A DNA stretch of 64,000 nt from Camelus dromedarius (Eukaryota): contig NC_087436.1 of the NCBI RefSeq assembly GCF_036321535.1, forward strand, positions 109,432,001 through 109,496,000, read 5' to 3'. The translations under genes were made by a program, and so were the position numbers. The notes under the pieces were generated by a model. It saw only the letters and a program-made list of their open reading frames with translations. It had not been told where the DNA came from and did not search any database. Shown piece by piece: positions 1 to 13,645 of this stretch; the stretch's first letter is position 1; each line of letters opens with the position of its first letter.

Positions 1-899
1 AACATGACTTGTACTCTCTTAATTCTCTGCTGAATACAAATGTGGTAACACTTTAAAAAAATCACATTAATCTTACACCCAGCTATCACTTACTTATTTG
101 TGCTTTGGGGGACCTCTTGCCCTCTCCTTTCACCTCCCTTAAGTCACATTCCGGGTGAGGTGCTGTGGTGTTCAGGCAATAGGAGAAGGAGCTCAGCCTT
201 CAGCTCCTGGTGCTTACTTCTGGGATGTCCTGTGGTCCATTCCACGTCCTCCTCCCCTTTGCCAAAATGGGGCAAGGAGATTCTTTCTTGTAGCTCCTGG
301 AGCCATGGTCCTTGGACACCATAAACTTCAGTGCCTGTTCTCCAGCCCACCCATCAGAGGCCTTGGAGTGGTAAGGAGCTCCACCACCTACTCAACTCTC
401 ACCACCATAAAAACACGCCAACAAATGAACAACATCACTTCTTCACCTCTGTCAGCCTTGGATCTGCCTGCCAGTCCTGAGACCCAGACTTCCCACTGTC
501 CAAACCCCAGGCTCTCACTCCACCACCTCAGAGCCTAGGACAAGTTACTTCTTTTTGAAAAATTACATCTTGTAGGTGTGGCCTGAAGGGAAAGGATTCA
601 TGCACACTGTTAGTCCTTGGGTGTATGTATAGAGGACAAAAGGAAGAATAATTCTTATTATTACTGATTATTCCACAGCTGCAAAGCAGAAGGCGAAATA
701 ATATCTCCGTAAATTGTTCTGAAACACAATGCATCAGTGTAAACACTTATAGAAGACAATGTTTCTACATGTAACGTTTGGTGATAACATTTTTTCTTTT
801 TAAAATGGTTTATTTTTACCATTTCTAATTATGAACTCTGTTCTAACAAGAAATAGAGATTCAAATGAACATATTATTAATTGCTATATGTATCTATTA

Positions 900-1240
900 A
901 TTATTCAGTTTGTGTTTAAACCTCCGATTAGGAAGTTAATCCTGTCAACTTTACATGTTGTGACAATATTAGGTGAGTAAATATTGTTTCTTGCTGATCT
1001 TCTGGCTCCATGTTCATTATTCTGTTGTAGTAATTTGTTGTCTGTTTTGAGGGCAGCTTTTAAGAGCTCATTCTCTTTGAGGTTCTACAATTTCAAAATA
1101 GTGTTTCTAGGAATTGGTTTCAATTTATTCTATTATGAGCTCAGCTATGGATTTAAGATGAAGTTTATTTCATATATGTCCAATATTTCTAGATCTGTTT
1201 TAAAATGGAGGATTTTTAGGATATGTTGTGTACCATATTT
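900..1240 (-). mobile_element. Old LINE-1 (L1ME-like) fragment
   Basis: T-rich decayed sequence (ggaagttaatcctgtcaactttacatgttgtgacaatattagg) resembling antisense L1ME; recognised by eye. Confidence 0.4.
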
Positions 1241-1299
1241 TCAGAAATGAAAGTCCCAGGTGCCTGTTTCCAGGACATTTTTTGTGTGTGCAACATTTG

Positions 1300-2090
1300 C
1301 TATATCAAAATGAAGGATTAAACCAAGAAGAAGGCAGGATCCTGAAACACACATGCACACACACAGCAACAACAACAACAACAAAGAGAGAATAGATGCA
1401 AAGTGGGAAATTCCAGGATAGCAAGTATACGGCAATTGGAGGGCAATCAGACCAAACAGGAGCAGTCAGAATGGGGTTCCAGGAGGTACGGTGCAGAAGT
1501 GAATAAACAATAAGCAAATACACAAAGTGATAAAAATGCCAGACCACCTTATGTGTTCAATCATGTGAAAAACAGTATTCAGAGGGATTTTACTCCTATG
1601 TTAGAAAGAATTAAACATGTTAAATTAAAAAAAAAAAAGCCATCATTATCTCTAACAAAAACAAAAAGGCAAGAAAAACCAAGACAATGGAATCATGATA
1701 TATTACTAGACTCAGGTATAAACAATTCTGATTTAATCGGTAATGTAGACACAAATTTTGATTCAAACAGAAGTGTTAGTATATTTATATAATGCACACA
1801 TTTATATTGGAAGGACAGAAGGGGTGGACATGAGTGTGTGTGTGAATGGAAGGGAAAGCAATGATCTGAGTGCCAAAAGCAAAACTTTCTTCATGAAAGT
1901 TGAATAGAAAATATCTAAAATGGATATAACAAAAATATTCTGACATGTAGATTATTTAGAAAACATGGAGATGACTGGAGTGGAGGACTTACACATGGAG
2001 AAGAATGGGATGGGCCAGTTAGATGTACAAGTTCTAAGTTCTAAGTGAATGAGACTTTATTATTTGTTCACTAAAAAAACAAAAAAATTT
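1300..2090 (+). mobile_element. HAL1/L1ME-type LINE fragment
   Basis: aaccaagaagaaggcaggatcctgaaac...gggaaattccaggatagc...ggagggcaatcagaccaaacaggagcag resembles the HAL1 consensus. Confidence 0.55.
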
Positions 2091-2339
2091 CTAAGGAGAA
2101 TTTTGGTAATGGCTACAACTGACAAAGATCATATATGGATTTTCAGAGTAGGAAAAGATCGTGAAGAAGTGAAGGGTGGAGAAGTGGTGACATGGAAGGT
2201 GAATGTAAAGGTCTTCAAACTGGCAGAACGGAAGAATGGAATTACTATGAGGTTGTACTTGCAAGGGGCCTCATTCTGCAGGTGAAGCAGAAAGGGTTAT
2301 CACAGCAAACTATACGAGGTCTGACATGTAAATTGAGAA

Positions 2340-2600
2340 AATTTCTGGAAGCCCCAGTCTTGCCACTTACTGTCTTTGAGAACAAATGCAAATGACCGAG
2401 CCTCTCTGAGCTTTAGTTTCTCAGTTTTCTCCATCTGGAGAAGGAATAAATGAATAAATAATAAATGGCTAAATATGAATAAATAATAAAGAATAACCAT
2501 TGTGAAAAACATGGGAGATATAATATGTGAAAAGTTGTTAGCAATCTCTTCAGAGCTCTACAAAATGTTTGCTCTTCCTGGCTGTTACACGGTGACTAAT
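2340..2600 (+). mobile_element. MIR SINE fragment
   Basis: MIR core-like cctctctgagctttagtttctc...ataatatgtgaaaag. Confidence 0.55.
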
Positions 2601-3974
2601 TGTATCTCATCTTTTACCTTTCTGTTTTGCAAAAGAGATTCAAACAGGCTAAAACTTAATTTTATAGTGAAGGAAAGACAATTGCAGTCCTCCAGTAGGA
2701 GGTTATGTCAATGGGAGTGGGGAGGGAGGGGGGGCAACCAAATTTTAAGAGCAGTTTAATTTCCTATAGACTAAGGGCAAATGTTGACAGAGGTAAGTGT
2801 TGCTTTTGTCTTAATTTCAGAAAATGTTATTTTGCTCCTGAAAGGAGACTAGTAGTCGGGAAGAAACAGTGGTGGAAAGAGTAGACTTGAGTTGGTTACT
2901 GAAGAGTGGTTTTGAATCCTAGGAGGAACTCAGACAGTTCTTCCATTTAATGTGCTTGTGTAGAAATGAAATAGAAGACTGGCTGACCTTTTCAGTCTGA
3001 AAATATTTGAGTGTTTGCTAACCAATTTGACTCTTTAGACATCTGCTCCTAGTGGGATTACATGTGGATTACGTTCACGGCTTCACCAAAGAGACATTAG
3101 GCACTCAATTTCCTTTTTGCCCAGAAAATGAAATTCAGCTTCTAGTTTCTACTCTCATGGATGCTTTGGTCTAAGAACTTGCAGAGTTTGATCGTTTCAA
3201 CAAAACTCTGTTATCCTGGTGAATACTGTCACCTCGTGAAGGGACGCCCTGCAGAATCTATCATTCCCCTACAGCTGAGAGATTTTACTCTAGGAACAGA
3301 GAAGATAGAACCGAGAGGCTGGAAAGGTTGTTTTAGTCCCTATTTTTTATTTCCTACTTATTTTGTCTCATTTCTGTTTCATCACTACTTTTATCTGAGA
3401 TGGTGGGAATTCATTCATTCATTGGAACTTGTCTAACAGAGCAGTGGTTTAGGAAAAACTTTTTCCCTCTCCTACGTACATATTTCTTTTTACTTTTTCT
3501 TTTTTTAATCAAGATCTTTCTCTTAAGATTTAAAAAATCTGAACTTTTGAAGGAAATTCTCATGGGCCTGGGAGATGATGAAAATACAGTAATATAAAAT
3601 AACTTCTCCCACTGAGAACAATCAATCAGCTTCTCATCGTATATGACTCTTGGGCAATTTGCCACTGTGTCACCCGTCTAGGGATTCTAGCCCAGGTGGT
3701 AGCACTAATTATCCCCATTTTTTATTTCCTGGCAAGGAGACATCTTTCTAATTATTTAATAATTCCGATTCATTCTGAAATACATTTCAGCACGTTATAG
3801 TTTGCCATCCATGAAAGCTGTGTATTAATTTCATTTTAATTGTCACTGTTCAGAAGGCTGTTAAGACCAGTGAATGTTATTTGTAGCAGAAACTTACGGA
3901 ATATGGATGGGAACTGAATGATTAAATCCTTAAGGAATATATTAATTTTTGCATTTCATTGCATTTGTATTTAA

Positions 3975-4120
3975 AGATATACCATGTACTGTAAACCCAT
4001 GAAGGCAAATGTCGCATATTCATTGTTCACCAGTGTACCTTCGCCCCTTAACAATTTGCCTGGTATGTAGTACATGGCCATTAAAATTTTGTAAAACTTG
4101 CCATGGAAGGAATTAATGGA
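3975..4120 (+). mobile_element. L2 3' end
   Basis: ctgtaaacccatgaaggca...ttcattgttcaccagtgtacc...tgcctggtatgtagta. Confidence 0.6.
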
Positions 4121-5379
4121 TGTATTTGGATCTCCATATATCTAACTGCATAAAATGTCAGAGTAGAAAGCTTTCTTCCTCTTCATGCTGGTGATAAAAA
4201 TGCTTCCTGAATGTTTTAGGCTGTAGCAGAATAAAATAATATTTAAAAAATACAAATTCTTTCCTGGACTTATGTACCCCAGACAGTGGTGAAGCTAACA
4301 ATTTAAGGAAAACTGTGCCAACAGGCTCTTCTGAAGTGATGTTTCCCACAGTATGTAGGTGGTTAATGTGATCTGCTACAGAAAAAGCATTTTTAAAAAG
4401 CATGGCCTGACTTCACAGGTTTCCAGTGCAATTATTTGAAGAGATTTCAGTTGAAAGAAATTCACTCTGTAACTAGTTGAGAGCTTTGGCAGAGCACATT
4501 TAATATAGAAGTATTTATATAAACCTGTTTCCATAGTATCTAGGCTCCATGAAACCTTGCCTTAGCAGAAGACAAATGAAATATTCAAGAATAGTCAGGT
4601 AATTTCCATCAGGATATTTTCACTGAAGACACTGAAGACACTGTTCTGTTTTTGGGAATCCAGGAAGATAAAGACCCAGAAGAAGATAAAGTTCTCCAAT
4701 ACTGGAACCCTCAGGATAACCAGCGAGGGGGAAAGAGATGTCTGAGATAAGAATTACAAGGTGGTGCTAGAACTGAGCCTTAGATTTTTCCACTGCTACC
4801 AAACCACCATCTAGAAAAGAGGGACTGAACAAAATGTAGCTGTTGGTAATGGGGCAGTCTGAGGCAGGAGACAGCCCCACTCTCATGGCTTTTTGTAAGA
4901 GTGTGAATACAATGGGGAATTTTCTGAGCGGAGAACAATAGAGCTTGAGGGAATAGTAAAAACATACACAGAAATGATGAAAAGTATGGAATGTTTAAAA
5001 TAAGTGAGTAAATTAATGAATAGACTTAGTCCCTTTTTTTTCATATAAATAGCTTATAAAAACAACTTAAACCTTCAAGTCTTGTTTTCGCTGACTCTAT
5101 CGTATTCCTCCAGCCAATAGTGCAAATATTACCTCCATCCTCTGGGACAATTGTTTTAAGAGAGTATCCAACTTGTCTCCATATATTCCAAGCTCTGGGA
5201 ACAGAAATGTAGGCTACAGAGGGGGATGGTCCTGTTAATCTCTTGGCCCATGAAGAGATACTAAATCGGCGCTCATGTGTGTATGTTCTACTGAATACAA
5301 GGAGTCAGTACTGCTTAGTATGCCCAAGTCCTAAGCAAATGGGTAATACAGATATCTGTATCTATATTTGTATCTGTAT

Positions 5380-5766
5380 CGACCGTGATCTGCCCTCTCT
5401 AGTCTGGAGACCGGGGAAAGTTGGCAGTATAATTCGGTCCAAGTCCAAAGGACGGAGAATCAGGCAAGCAGATGACACATGTTAGTCCATGGGCAGGAAA
5501 AGATGGGATACCCAGTTCAATCAGTGAGTCAGTGAGGCAGGATTAAAAAAAGGATGAACTCCTGTTTCATCTTCCTTCTATTCTATTCAGGCTCTCAATG
5601 AGTTGGATGATGTCCACCCACATGGGACAGGACGGTCTTCTTTAATAAATCCACTGATTCAAATGCTAATCTCATCTGGAAACACCCTTATAGACACAGC
5701 CAGAAACAAAGTTTAATCCGGGGACCTGTGACCGACTCAAATTGGCACATGAGATTACCCATCACG
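5380..5766 (-). mobile_element. MLT2-family ERVL solo LTR
   Basis: ctattcaggctctcaatgagttggatgatgtccacccac...aatgctaatctcatctggaaacaccc...attacccatcac is the reverse complement of the MLT2 5' end. Confidence 0.8.
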
Positions 5767-5774
5767 TGAAGGGA

Positions 5775-5955
5775 GAGCCATTTACCATTTTGTTGAATCC
5801 ACATCATTCTAAGAGATAGAGGAGACATAGTCTCTATTCTACTGATAAAATATCTACATCATCGAGAGGCCATATGCCTTATCTAAACGTTGGAACCGGC
5901 CACAGTGAAATTAGGACTAGACCAAAACTTCCTATCTTTCATCCAGAGCTTTTCC
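5775..5955 (-). mobile_element. MIR fragment
   Basis: ctattctactgataaaa...gagaggcc...ccttatctaa...ccagagcttttcc. Confidence 0.4.
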
Positions 5956-6249
5956 TGCCATTAATTTTCCTCACAGAGCTGTGAGTAGACTAATGTGTGT
6001 AGGTTCTCTGAAGTGTCGTCTGCCATCTGTGACTTATGTCTTGGTGTATCGCAGTCTGCATGACACCTCTGCTCAAATGAGTCACTGCATCTTTGATGAC
6101 TGTACACCAGCCTGGCCCGCAGCCATTTCCCTTGGTATTTTACAAGTGCGCCACGTTGCCTTATTCAGGGTTTCAAAAATTCAAGGAGAAGCTCTTATGA
6201 TGGAATCCCTTGTTGCTTTGTGTTTTAAGTTCATGCTGGTAACCGCAAA

Positions 6250-7395
6250 TTTCCAAAGCTGCTGGGTAGAGCTTTTGTAAACCTGAAGTTTTTCACTGAA
6301 GGCCCTCAAAAACTTTTCCCTGGCTCTCTCCTAAACTGTATAAATTACAAACCCTTTTGCTGGTATTCAAGACTTTCTGTGCTCTGGCCACAACTGCCCT
6401 TACCCCCTTTTTTTACCAGCACGTTGCCATAAGAACTTCCCGCACCACTCAGATAGCTCAGCTCCTGGCCCCCACCCCCCACAGACAGCATGGCGTTCCT
6501 GCCTCTGTGCCTTTCTTTATGCTCTTCATCATTCTTCCTCCAACTTACTTCTCCCTCTGCTTACCCTTCCCCACTTATCCTTCCAGTTGCTCAGGCCAAT
6601 TCTCTGGAGTCATCCTTGACTTTTTCTCTTTCCTTCCCCATATTGAATTCATCAGCATAAACTGTTGGCTTTCCCAGAATATTTCTAGAAACCAATGCTT
6701 TTTCACTACTTCTATTTTTCTGATCCATTGTATCGTTATATCTCACCTGCATTCCCAAAGCTGGACAAATAACCAGTCTCCTAGATTCAGACCATGTCTG
6801 CCTGCAGCCTGTCATAGCCAGAGCAGCCAGCATAATTGCGCTAGGACAAATGGCACATCTTGCACTCCTCCACTCCCTGGAGGTCCACGATACATCAGTT
6901 AGCCTGCAAAGCTCTGGAATGTTTGCTTCTCATGTCTGTCAAATTTCAGCTTCCCTCACAATTCTACTTGAAAATCTGCTCCGGTCACATTGGTTTTCAT
7001 TCTATTCCTTGGGCATTCAGGCATGCTCCCATCTCAGAGTCTTTGAACTTGGTGTTCCTTCTGCCTGAAATGCTCGACCTCCAGTATCCTCATGGTTTCC
7101 TCTTTCTTCTCTATGACTTTTTAGTGTGACCTTCCCACATTTAAATGTATCTCCTGTCAGTACTTCGTACTTTCCTTCCCTGCCTTATTTTTCCCTCTGA
7201 AATTTACTGCAATCTAACTAACCATATATATGTATGTATGTATATATAGTTTATTTATGTATTTTTTATGACTGTACCCACCCCCCCCATAAAGTGTAAG
7301 CCACCTGAAGATAGTAGTTTTTGTCTGTTCTGTTCATTGGTCTCTCCCCAGTGCATACCAGTCTACATCACATGTTAGAAATTCAATAAAATAAG
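6250..7395 (+). mobile_element. L2 LINE 3' region
   Basis: tccttgactttttctctttcc...catcagcataaactgttggc...ttgtctgttctgttcattggtctctccccagtgc...ttcaataaa; explains ORF 6357-6902. Confidence 0.75.
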
Positions 7396-7559
7396 GAAAG
7401 AATCAGATTTTTTTTTCAGTGGAGATGAATTAGAGGGATTGGATTTACTCTTCAAGTTGAAACAACAGTAAAATGGAAAAAAAATCAATTTATTGGGCAT
7501 CAGCAACAGAGGACAGTAATCACTTAGAGAGAGAAAACAAGTTAAGTTTTACAATCTCC

Positions 7560-8147
7560 CCAATTTACTGCCTTTGCAGAGTCATCAGGCATGGTGCAGG
7601 GAAAAGAAATATGGATGGTGAACTCTTTAGAGTTTCAAGGATAACAACAAGGTTAGAATGTTCAGGACAGAACTCCTGAGGGAGAGAGCTGCATATACAG
7701 AGAATCCTAGATACTGCAGACGGCTCTCCTCAGGTGTTCATCTGAGTACCAGTCAACACATGCATGTGAAGAAACTACTGGAGGCCAATGACATCACCAC
7801 CACCAAAGGACTGTAGGTAAGAAAATCCAAGACTCACACAGTCCTTTCTAGGAATGATACCTGATCACTTAAGCCAGGTTGGAAAACCTCCCAATTGACA
7901 GGGTATTGGGTAGATTACAGAAAGTGTTGCCTCAGAATTGGGGAAAGATTAGCCCCGGAGCAAGCATTGTTGTGGTCCAGTTAACACATCTTAAAAAGAC
8001 TTGAGTTTTTTTAAGTGATTAACTGTTTCCAGTGATTGAAGCTCAACTCAGAAAACACCCAAGAATATTTTTCTGAATACAAAAATGTCCAGCACCCAGC
8101 AAGTTGACAGTCATGATTTCTGGTGTGCATCAAAAATTACCAGGCAT
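7560..8147 (+). mobile_element. Old L1 (L1MC/MD-type) 5' region; resumes at about 8741-9010
   Basis: gagagagctgcatatacagagaatcctagatactgcag...aaaatgtccagcacccagcaag...aaaaattaccaggcat. Confidence 0.6.
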
Positions 8148-8724
8148 TTTACCTGGCAAAATTATACTTTTTCTTTATTTGTTCATCCATTGATGGACAC
8201 TTAGGTTGCTTCCATGTTATTGTAAATAATGCTGCAATGAATATGGGGGTGCACATCTGCTTTTAAATTAGTGTTCTCCTTTACTTTGGGTAAATACCCA
8301 CAAGTGGAATTGCTGAATTTTCCTTATACATGGACTCTAAAACAAACAAACAAACAAACTGGACTGATCAATACAGAGTACAGATTGCTGACTGCCAGAG
8401 GAAGAGTGTAGGGGGGCAGGCAAAATGGGTGAAGGTGGTCAAAAGATACAACCTTCCAGTTATAAAATAAACAAGTCCTGGGATGTAATGTACAGCTTGT
8501 GACTATAGTAACTAATACTGTATTGTATATTGGAATGTTGCTAGAAGAGTAGATCTTAAAAGTTCTCATCAAAAGAAAAAAAATGTGCAACTATGTGTGA
8601 TGATGAATGCTGACTAGACTGGCATGGGAATCATTTTGCGATATATACAAATATTGAATCAGTAAGTTGTACATCTGAAACCAATATAATGTTACATATC
8701 AATTACATCTCAATAAAAATGTTT
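8148..8724 (+). mobile_element. 5'-inverted L1 (L1MA9-like) insertion
   Basis: About 8165-8320 is antisense L1 ORF2 3' sequence (catccattgatggacacttaggttgcttcc); about 8330-8720 is sense L1 3'UTR ending caataaaaat. Confidence 0.8.
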
Positions 8725-9499
8725 AAAAATTATCAAATGTAAAAAGAAACACAAAAATACCCCCTCCAATGGAGAGAAAAATCAATTAAGTTGACACAGA
8801 ACTGATACTGAGTAACTGGCAAGGATGTTATTGAGGTTATAATAAAAACTGTATTATATAAGTTTATAAGGAAGTTTTGGAGGTGGTGATAGGTATATTC
8901 ATTTTGTTGATTGTGCTGATTTCACATGAGTGTGCACATGTCAAAACATTAATTCATACATATTTAATATGTGAAATTTTTGGTATGTTGGTTACACCTC
9001 AACTAAAAAATGAATGAATGGATAAATTCATTTCATTGTATTTCAGCTGTCATTCTTTAGTACTTACATTGTCACCTTGGATAGTATAGTTATCATTGTG
9101 TATGAGACCAGATATGGCATATATTTGTATCCTCTAAGGTGTAACAATTTGTACAAAGTTTATGTTCAAATCATATCTGACAGATGAATAAATTAACAAG
9201 ATAACTTGGGAGCATCAGAACACAGTGTAATTATCAAGTGTTGAAAGTTTTTTCCCTCTTTATTGAACTTCTGACATAGAATTACATAATTGATTATTGT
9301 ATAAACAGGGTAATTTTGAAACATGATTATGAAACGTTGGATGTTCTAGAGGTTGATGTTAAATAGTATCAGTTCTAAGTATCTGCTTAATGTTTGTGTT
9401 TCTCGCTAAAGGCAAGTCTCACAGGCAAACAGACTGTGGCCCTCAGTATGTGCTCAGTAAGTATTTGTTAGAAGTGACAAGATGCTAGCACAAGAGAGA

Positions 9500-10450
9500 T
9501 GACATTTGGAAGACATTTGCCACACAAAGACGCCGAAGTAAAAGGAAATGTGAAAAGCTCCTCATTCAGAGGGAAGTTGACTGAAGGCATGAACATTGGG
9601 TGAGGATGTGAGGTTTGCTTAGGAAAGAGCTGCACTGTGAGTTTCATCTCCCAAGGGAGGGAGGATGCTTCTGTCCAACTTCAGACTTGGTAAAGAGACT
9701 TCTGAGAATTACTGAGAGACCTTGGTCTATGTACCATATGGTGGTGGGACTACTTGTCTCGAGTTCTTTGAAATGACGTCCTTTCCACGTTTCCTGCCAG
9801 AGTGAGGAGACTCCAGAGTGAGAGGCTGGGGGGTGTAATGGAGGGGCCAAAGTTAAGGGGTGATGAGGTGCAGTCAGGAGGAGAGGAGGTAGGGCCTCCA
9901 TCAAAGGAGCTGAAACTCATAAGACACATCAAAGGAGGTTCTAAAAAATTCAGGAAACCATGTAACAACCATGCCAAAGGATGCAGAGCCATCTTATTCC
10001 AAATCGAGTTAAGTAAGAAACTTTCCAGCCCCTTACTTCACCACAATGTTCCCATTTCAACTCTTATGGTGGAGAAATAGCACTTGAATCTAGACAAGGA
10101 GGAGAGCAAAATGAGGAGAGAAACTGACACGTTCCTTGCCAGGTAGCATTCGACTCCTCTTTAGCCAATCCCAGCTGAAAGAAAGCAAAAAATGTCTACC
10201 TTGGGATGGAGATGAAAAGTGTTAGTTAGCACAATGGACTGGTATTCTAATGGCTTAATTTGAATAGCATTTTGAAACCTAAAGAGATTGTAGGACTTCC
10301 TGAAACCTAGGATTTCGCCGCAAAGACTTTAGGATTGCCCAAGTTCTCAAGGGAGCAAGGCAATTTCACTCCATAAAAGCAGATCTGAAGGGAAAATGGG
10401 AGACAAAAATGGATTTTTTTTCTCTATATATGAGTTTTGCTTTTACCATT
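9500..10450 (+). mobile_element. Ancient LTR (LTR78/LTR79-like)
   Basis: 3' part aatggactggtattctaat...aaagactttaggattgcccaag...gaagggaaaatgggagacaaaaat resembles this LTR group; 5' boundary uncertain. Confidence 0.5.
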
Positions 10451-10670
10451 ATAAGTGAATGAGTAAATTAATCAGATGATAAATGCTCCTTGGTTCTCCT
10501 GGTCCCCTCCTTAGGCAAACAAACTCAGTTCATATTTGGTCATTTCAATACAACTAAAGGGCTTATTTCTTTCCTCATTTATAGCAACCTTACTAATGTT
10601 TCAAATGAGTCAAGCTCTTGTGAGAGTTGGTGCATTTTAAGGGAGCTTACATGAAAACACTTCATATCAG

Positions 10671-11354
10671 ATTCCTCAAAAAACTAAAAATAGACTTACT
10701 GTACAACCCAGCAATCCCACTCATGGGCATATATCCAGAGGGAGCCTTAACTCAAAAAGATAAATGCACCCCAATGTTCATAGCAGGACTATTTACAATA
10801 GCCAAGACATGGAAACAATGTCCATCGACAGATGACTGGATAAAGAAGTTGTGGTATATTCAGACAATGGAATACTACTCAGCCACGAAAAAGAATAAAA
10901 TAATGCCATTTGCAGCAACATGTATGGACCCAGAGAATATTATTCTAAGTGAAGTAAACCAGAAAGACAAAGACAAATACCATAGATCACTTATATATGG
11001 AATCTAAAAAAAAAAGGCAAATGAACTTATTGATAAAACAGAAACAGACTCATGGACATAGAAAACAAACTTATAGTTACCAGGAAGGGAAGGAGGTTGG
11101 AAGGGATAAACTGGGAGTTCGAAACTTGCAGATCCTAACTAGTATATATAAAATAGATAAACAACAAGTTTCTTCTGTATAGCACAGGGAACTATATTCA
11201 ATACCTTGTAGTAACTGATGGTGAAAAAGAATATGAAAACGAATATATATATATGTTCTTATATGACTGAAGTATTGTGCTCTACACCAGAAATTGACAC
11301 AACATTGTAAACTGAATATACTTCAATAATATATATATTAAAAAATTAAAAAAA
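10671..11354 (+). mobile_element. 5'-truncated lineage-specific L1: ORF2 C-terminus, 3'UTR, A-rich tail
   Basis: ORF 10627-11007 translates as the L1 ORF2p C-terminus (RFLKKLKIDLLYNPAIPLMGIYP...WIKKLWYIQTMEYYSA); TSDs at 10653-10670 and 11355-11372. Confidence 0.95.
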
Positions 11355-12559
11355 GAAAATACTTTGTATCAGTCACTTTGGGGATCTAATATTGGATTGG
11401 ATATTTGTTAAAAACTAAAACAAATATACTAAATAAAGAAAGATCATATCCTCAATTCTCAATTATAAACAGTAACTTCAGTATGTGAATGATTCTAATA
11501 GAGAGAAAAAATCTTGTATTTTTATTGATGATGCAGTTAATTACAGCATTGTGACAGAAAATTAATAGAAAGTATTAAAAGCTGTGACAAAACTAATCAT
11601 TTTACTGTACTTTAGAGGAAAAAGTAATTAATTGTTTTTTTTTAAATTGTATTAGAATTCTTTAAAGAATAATAATTACCCATCTGTTTCATCTTCATGG
11701 ACTAGTTAAATGTATATATTCTAAGTTTGGGTGATAAATGATTATAGTCTGTAAAATCACCTAACACTTTGGGAATGTATATTAAATGAGGAAATTTGGA
11801 GCAATAGCTTAATCTCTCTGGGGCTCGACTATGTAATGAAGTCGCTGATTTAGAACTGAATTTGCATCTGACATGGAGTTAGAAGGAGGGACATGGAGAT
11901 GAAATTCCTGATTTATAACTTGTCATAGTCATTTTCTGGATTTTATTTCCTGGGCTAATTATTTAATCTCTTTGTACCTTAGTTTCCTCAACTGTACATT
12001 ATTTTCAGCAATACATTTCAAACTTTAATAAAAATTTATGCAGAGATTCTCCAAGACACAGGTATAGTAGGTAGCATTTCCCATGTTTATGTAACTATGA
12101 ACCCCCCCCCCAAAATAATATGTGATGTAATGCAATTTGGAAGTACTGAATTTGATCATTCTTAAGGATATCTATTTGTAAATACATTGCAAGAATGGAT
12201 TTTGAGGGAATCTAAAAATTCCTTATAATTACAAGGGAATATTGGTTAGTGTGTGTATGTGTGTGAGTATGTGTGTATACTTCTTAGAGGAAAAAACCTC
12301 TCAAAGGTCCATAACACCCCAAATTTAACCACCTCTGATCAAAGCACTTTCATTTGAAAGCTTTTTAAAATTTCTAAGTATATATAGGAACAGAGGCCCT
12401 GGGATTGATGATGTGTTGGGTACTGAAAGTAATTTCATGTGCTAGATTACATCGCATGTGGGGACTGAGCAGGGAAGCAGAAGCTGAAAAGCATCACCAA
12501 AGAGAATGAGTAGATACACTTGGGAGACAGTTGTTTTAGATTCCATAGGATTCAGGTTT

Positions 12560-13645
12560 TGTTTGGACCACTGTAATCACCTCCTCGCTGGTATTCCAGC
12601 TTCTTACTTTGCTCCCCAGAAGGATCCAGCTAAACCAACTTCCAGCTATAAGACACATAAGTACTAGGGATGTAACCTACAACATGATAAACATAATTAA
12701 CACTGCTGTTTGCTATATATGAAATTCGTTGAGAGTAAATCCTAAGAGTTCTCATCATAAGGAAAAAAAAACTTTCCTCTGTTTTTTAAAAATTTGTATC
12801 TCTACGAGGTGCTGGATTCTCACTAAACTCACTGTGATCATCATTTCATGATGTGTGTAAGCCAAATCATTATGTTGTTCCTCTTAAATGTATACAGTGC
12901 TGTATGTCAATGATGTCTCAGTCAAACTGGAAGAAAGTAAGAGGCAGATCAGATCGCCTCTCTGCTCAGATCACTCCAATGTATTCTCACACCTCTGGGG
13001 CTAAAATCCAAAACCCTAACTTGGGACCACAGGGTGGTGTGTGACTGGTACTGACCACCGACCTGCTATTCACTTGACTTTGTGTCTGTGCCTCTCTGCA
13101 GGCTCACACTGATCTGACCTCACTAGTCAGTCGGTTCTATGAAAATGCCGAACACACTTGTCTCTCATTTGTACACTCTTCCTCGATGGCTGTATCATCT
13201 CTCGGATCTTTCAGTTCTTTGCTCGAATCAAATCTCATTTATAAAAACACCCTCTTTGTTACTCAGTCACTTTACATGTATTACCTTGTCTTATTTTATG
13301 CAAAGTATTATGTAATCTAATGCATGCTTATTTGTTTTTGATTGTAAGACGCCCTTACCTGTCTGCCCCACCCTCCCGCAACAGGGTATAAATCTACATG
13401 AGAACACAGATTCAGTCTGTTTTTTATTCATTCAACCAATAATTACTGAGTCCTTTCTATGGGGCAGGCATTGCCGTGAAAACTGGTAATATAACAGTGA
13501 AAAGAACCCAATAGAAATCAAAATTTCTACCTACAAAGAATTTGTATTCAAATTGTGTTCTGATTTTGTTTGCTGTATTATCCTTAGCATCCGGAAGAGT
13601 GCCTGCAACCTAGTAGGAGCTCAATGAATGTTCCTTGAATGAACG
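12560..13645 (+). mobile_element. L2 interrupted by an L1 fragment and an antisense L2 tail
   Basis: ggaccactgtaatcacctcctcgctgg...cagatcagatcgcctctctgctcag...ccttagcatccggaagagtgcctgcaacctagtaggagctcaatgaatg. Confidence 0.65.
12630..12935 (+). mobile_element. L1 3'UTR fragment (L1MA9-like)
   Basis: aacttccagctataagacacataagtactagggatgtaa...tgtatgtcaatgatgtctcagtcaaactgg. Confidence 0.8.

Noticed and set aside
40..530. Possible old LTR at the window start
   Set aside because: LTR-like composition, but no family, termini or TSD could be assigned.
6357..6902. Longest ORF (181 aa) as a gene
   Set aside because: It lies within decayed L2, has a non-ATG start and shows low-complexity pyrimidine bias.
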